Assembly: GCF_009834535.1 (NCBI RefSeq)
Contig: NC_045730.1
Location: 12,152,001 to 12,216,000, forward strand
Direction of reading: 5' to 3'
DNA: 64,000 nucleotides
DNA from: Camelus ferus
Lineage: Eukaryota
A program made the translations under genes and the position numbers. This document shows positions 62,900-64,000 of this stretch, one piece after another; within the stretch, counting starts at the first letter, position 1, and each line of letters begins with the position of its first letter. Under the pieces are notes generated by a model. That model had not been told where the DNA came from, did not search any database, and saw only the letters and a program-made list of their open reading frames with translations.

Positions 62900-63130
62900 A
62901 AAGAGGATGTGGTTAAGATCTAGAATAAGATTGCCTGGGTGTAAATCCTAGCCCTACACTTCTCAGTAGGTGACCTTGGAGAAATCACTTAACCTCTCTT
63001 TGCCACACAGTTTCCTTCTTTGTAACATGGTTATTATCATAATATGACTGCTGAGATTGCTGGGATTAACTAATGTAAATGCTTCTGATTGCCTGCCATA
63101 TGGTATATGCTCAGTGACTGATCACTTTCT
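62900..63130 (+). mobile_element. MIR SINE
   Basis: cctgggtgtaaatcctagccctacact...gtgaccttggagaaatcacttaacctctc. Confidence 0.75.
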
Positions 63131-63357
63131 TATCTACAAGGCTGGGGGAGCTCCCTGTGTCTTAACACTGGATGATAACGATGCTGCTCTAAAGGCTGAC
63201 ATGAAGTCAGTGTTCATGATCTACCAGGCACCACGCTGCATGCTTCCTAAGCATTATCTCATTCAGTCCTTAAAACAGTCCTGTGTTTCAAAGATGAGGT
63301 CATCTATCAGATTCTTTCAGTCTTCTTTAAAAAAAAGTCACGAAGGTGCCTGTTTTA

Positions 63358-63759
<402 letters not shown>

Positions 63760-64000
63760 TCAGCGTGCACCCAAGGCAGCAGGCGCCCGCTTTATGTCAA
63801 TGTCTGTCTGCCAGGGGAGGAAAGACAAAAATTGTGGAGCGTAAACCAAGTTGGGCCATGTGTTCACTTCAAAGTCAAGGATAGTGAAAACTCACTTTCA
63901 TTTGGTGGAGAAAATGAAATGAACAAAGTAATTAGGATAGAGCAGCTGTAGCAAACTGAATTTTAAAAAAAGGTAAGGGAACAGAAAATAAGGAAAAAGG

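Overview
This is mammalian genomic DNA, probably camelid (a camelid-type tRNA-derived SINE sits at ~54.34 kb). It holds the convergent 3' ends of two genes. KIAA1217/SKT is on the + strand: 10 visible coding exons at 4434-23746, one more exon probably inside the N-gap at 20059-20190, and a polyA signal at ~25227. ARHGAP21 is on the - strand: 12 visible coding exons at 63669-50678 covering the PH domain, the RhoGAP domain and the C-terminal tail, one more exon probably inside the N-gap at 57154-57325, and a polyA signal at ~49901. The ~24.6 kb spacer is rich in L1, LTR, MIR and DNA-transposon relics. Gene identities rest on my recollection of the human proteins plus consistent GT-AG boundaries and phases; no database search was run. 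Points worth a second look: (1) a repeat-poor GC-rich intergenic island (41.2-43.6 kb) that can be spliced into a phase-consistent 5-exon, 377-aa ORF; (2) three short GT-AG cassette candidates in one ARHGAP21 intron, each a multiple of 3 nt and each carrying a stop in the frame used; (3) a near-perfect RFX X-box upstream of an in-frame ATG inside KIAA1217; (4) an intact ERV1-type solo LTR 36 nt from the ARHGAP21 last-exon acceptor; (5) three apparent frameshifts in the terminal exons of the two genes, most simply explained as assembly errors. Eight N-gaps limit what can be read.
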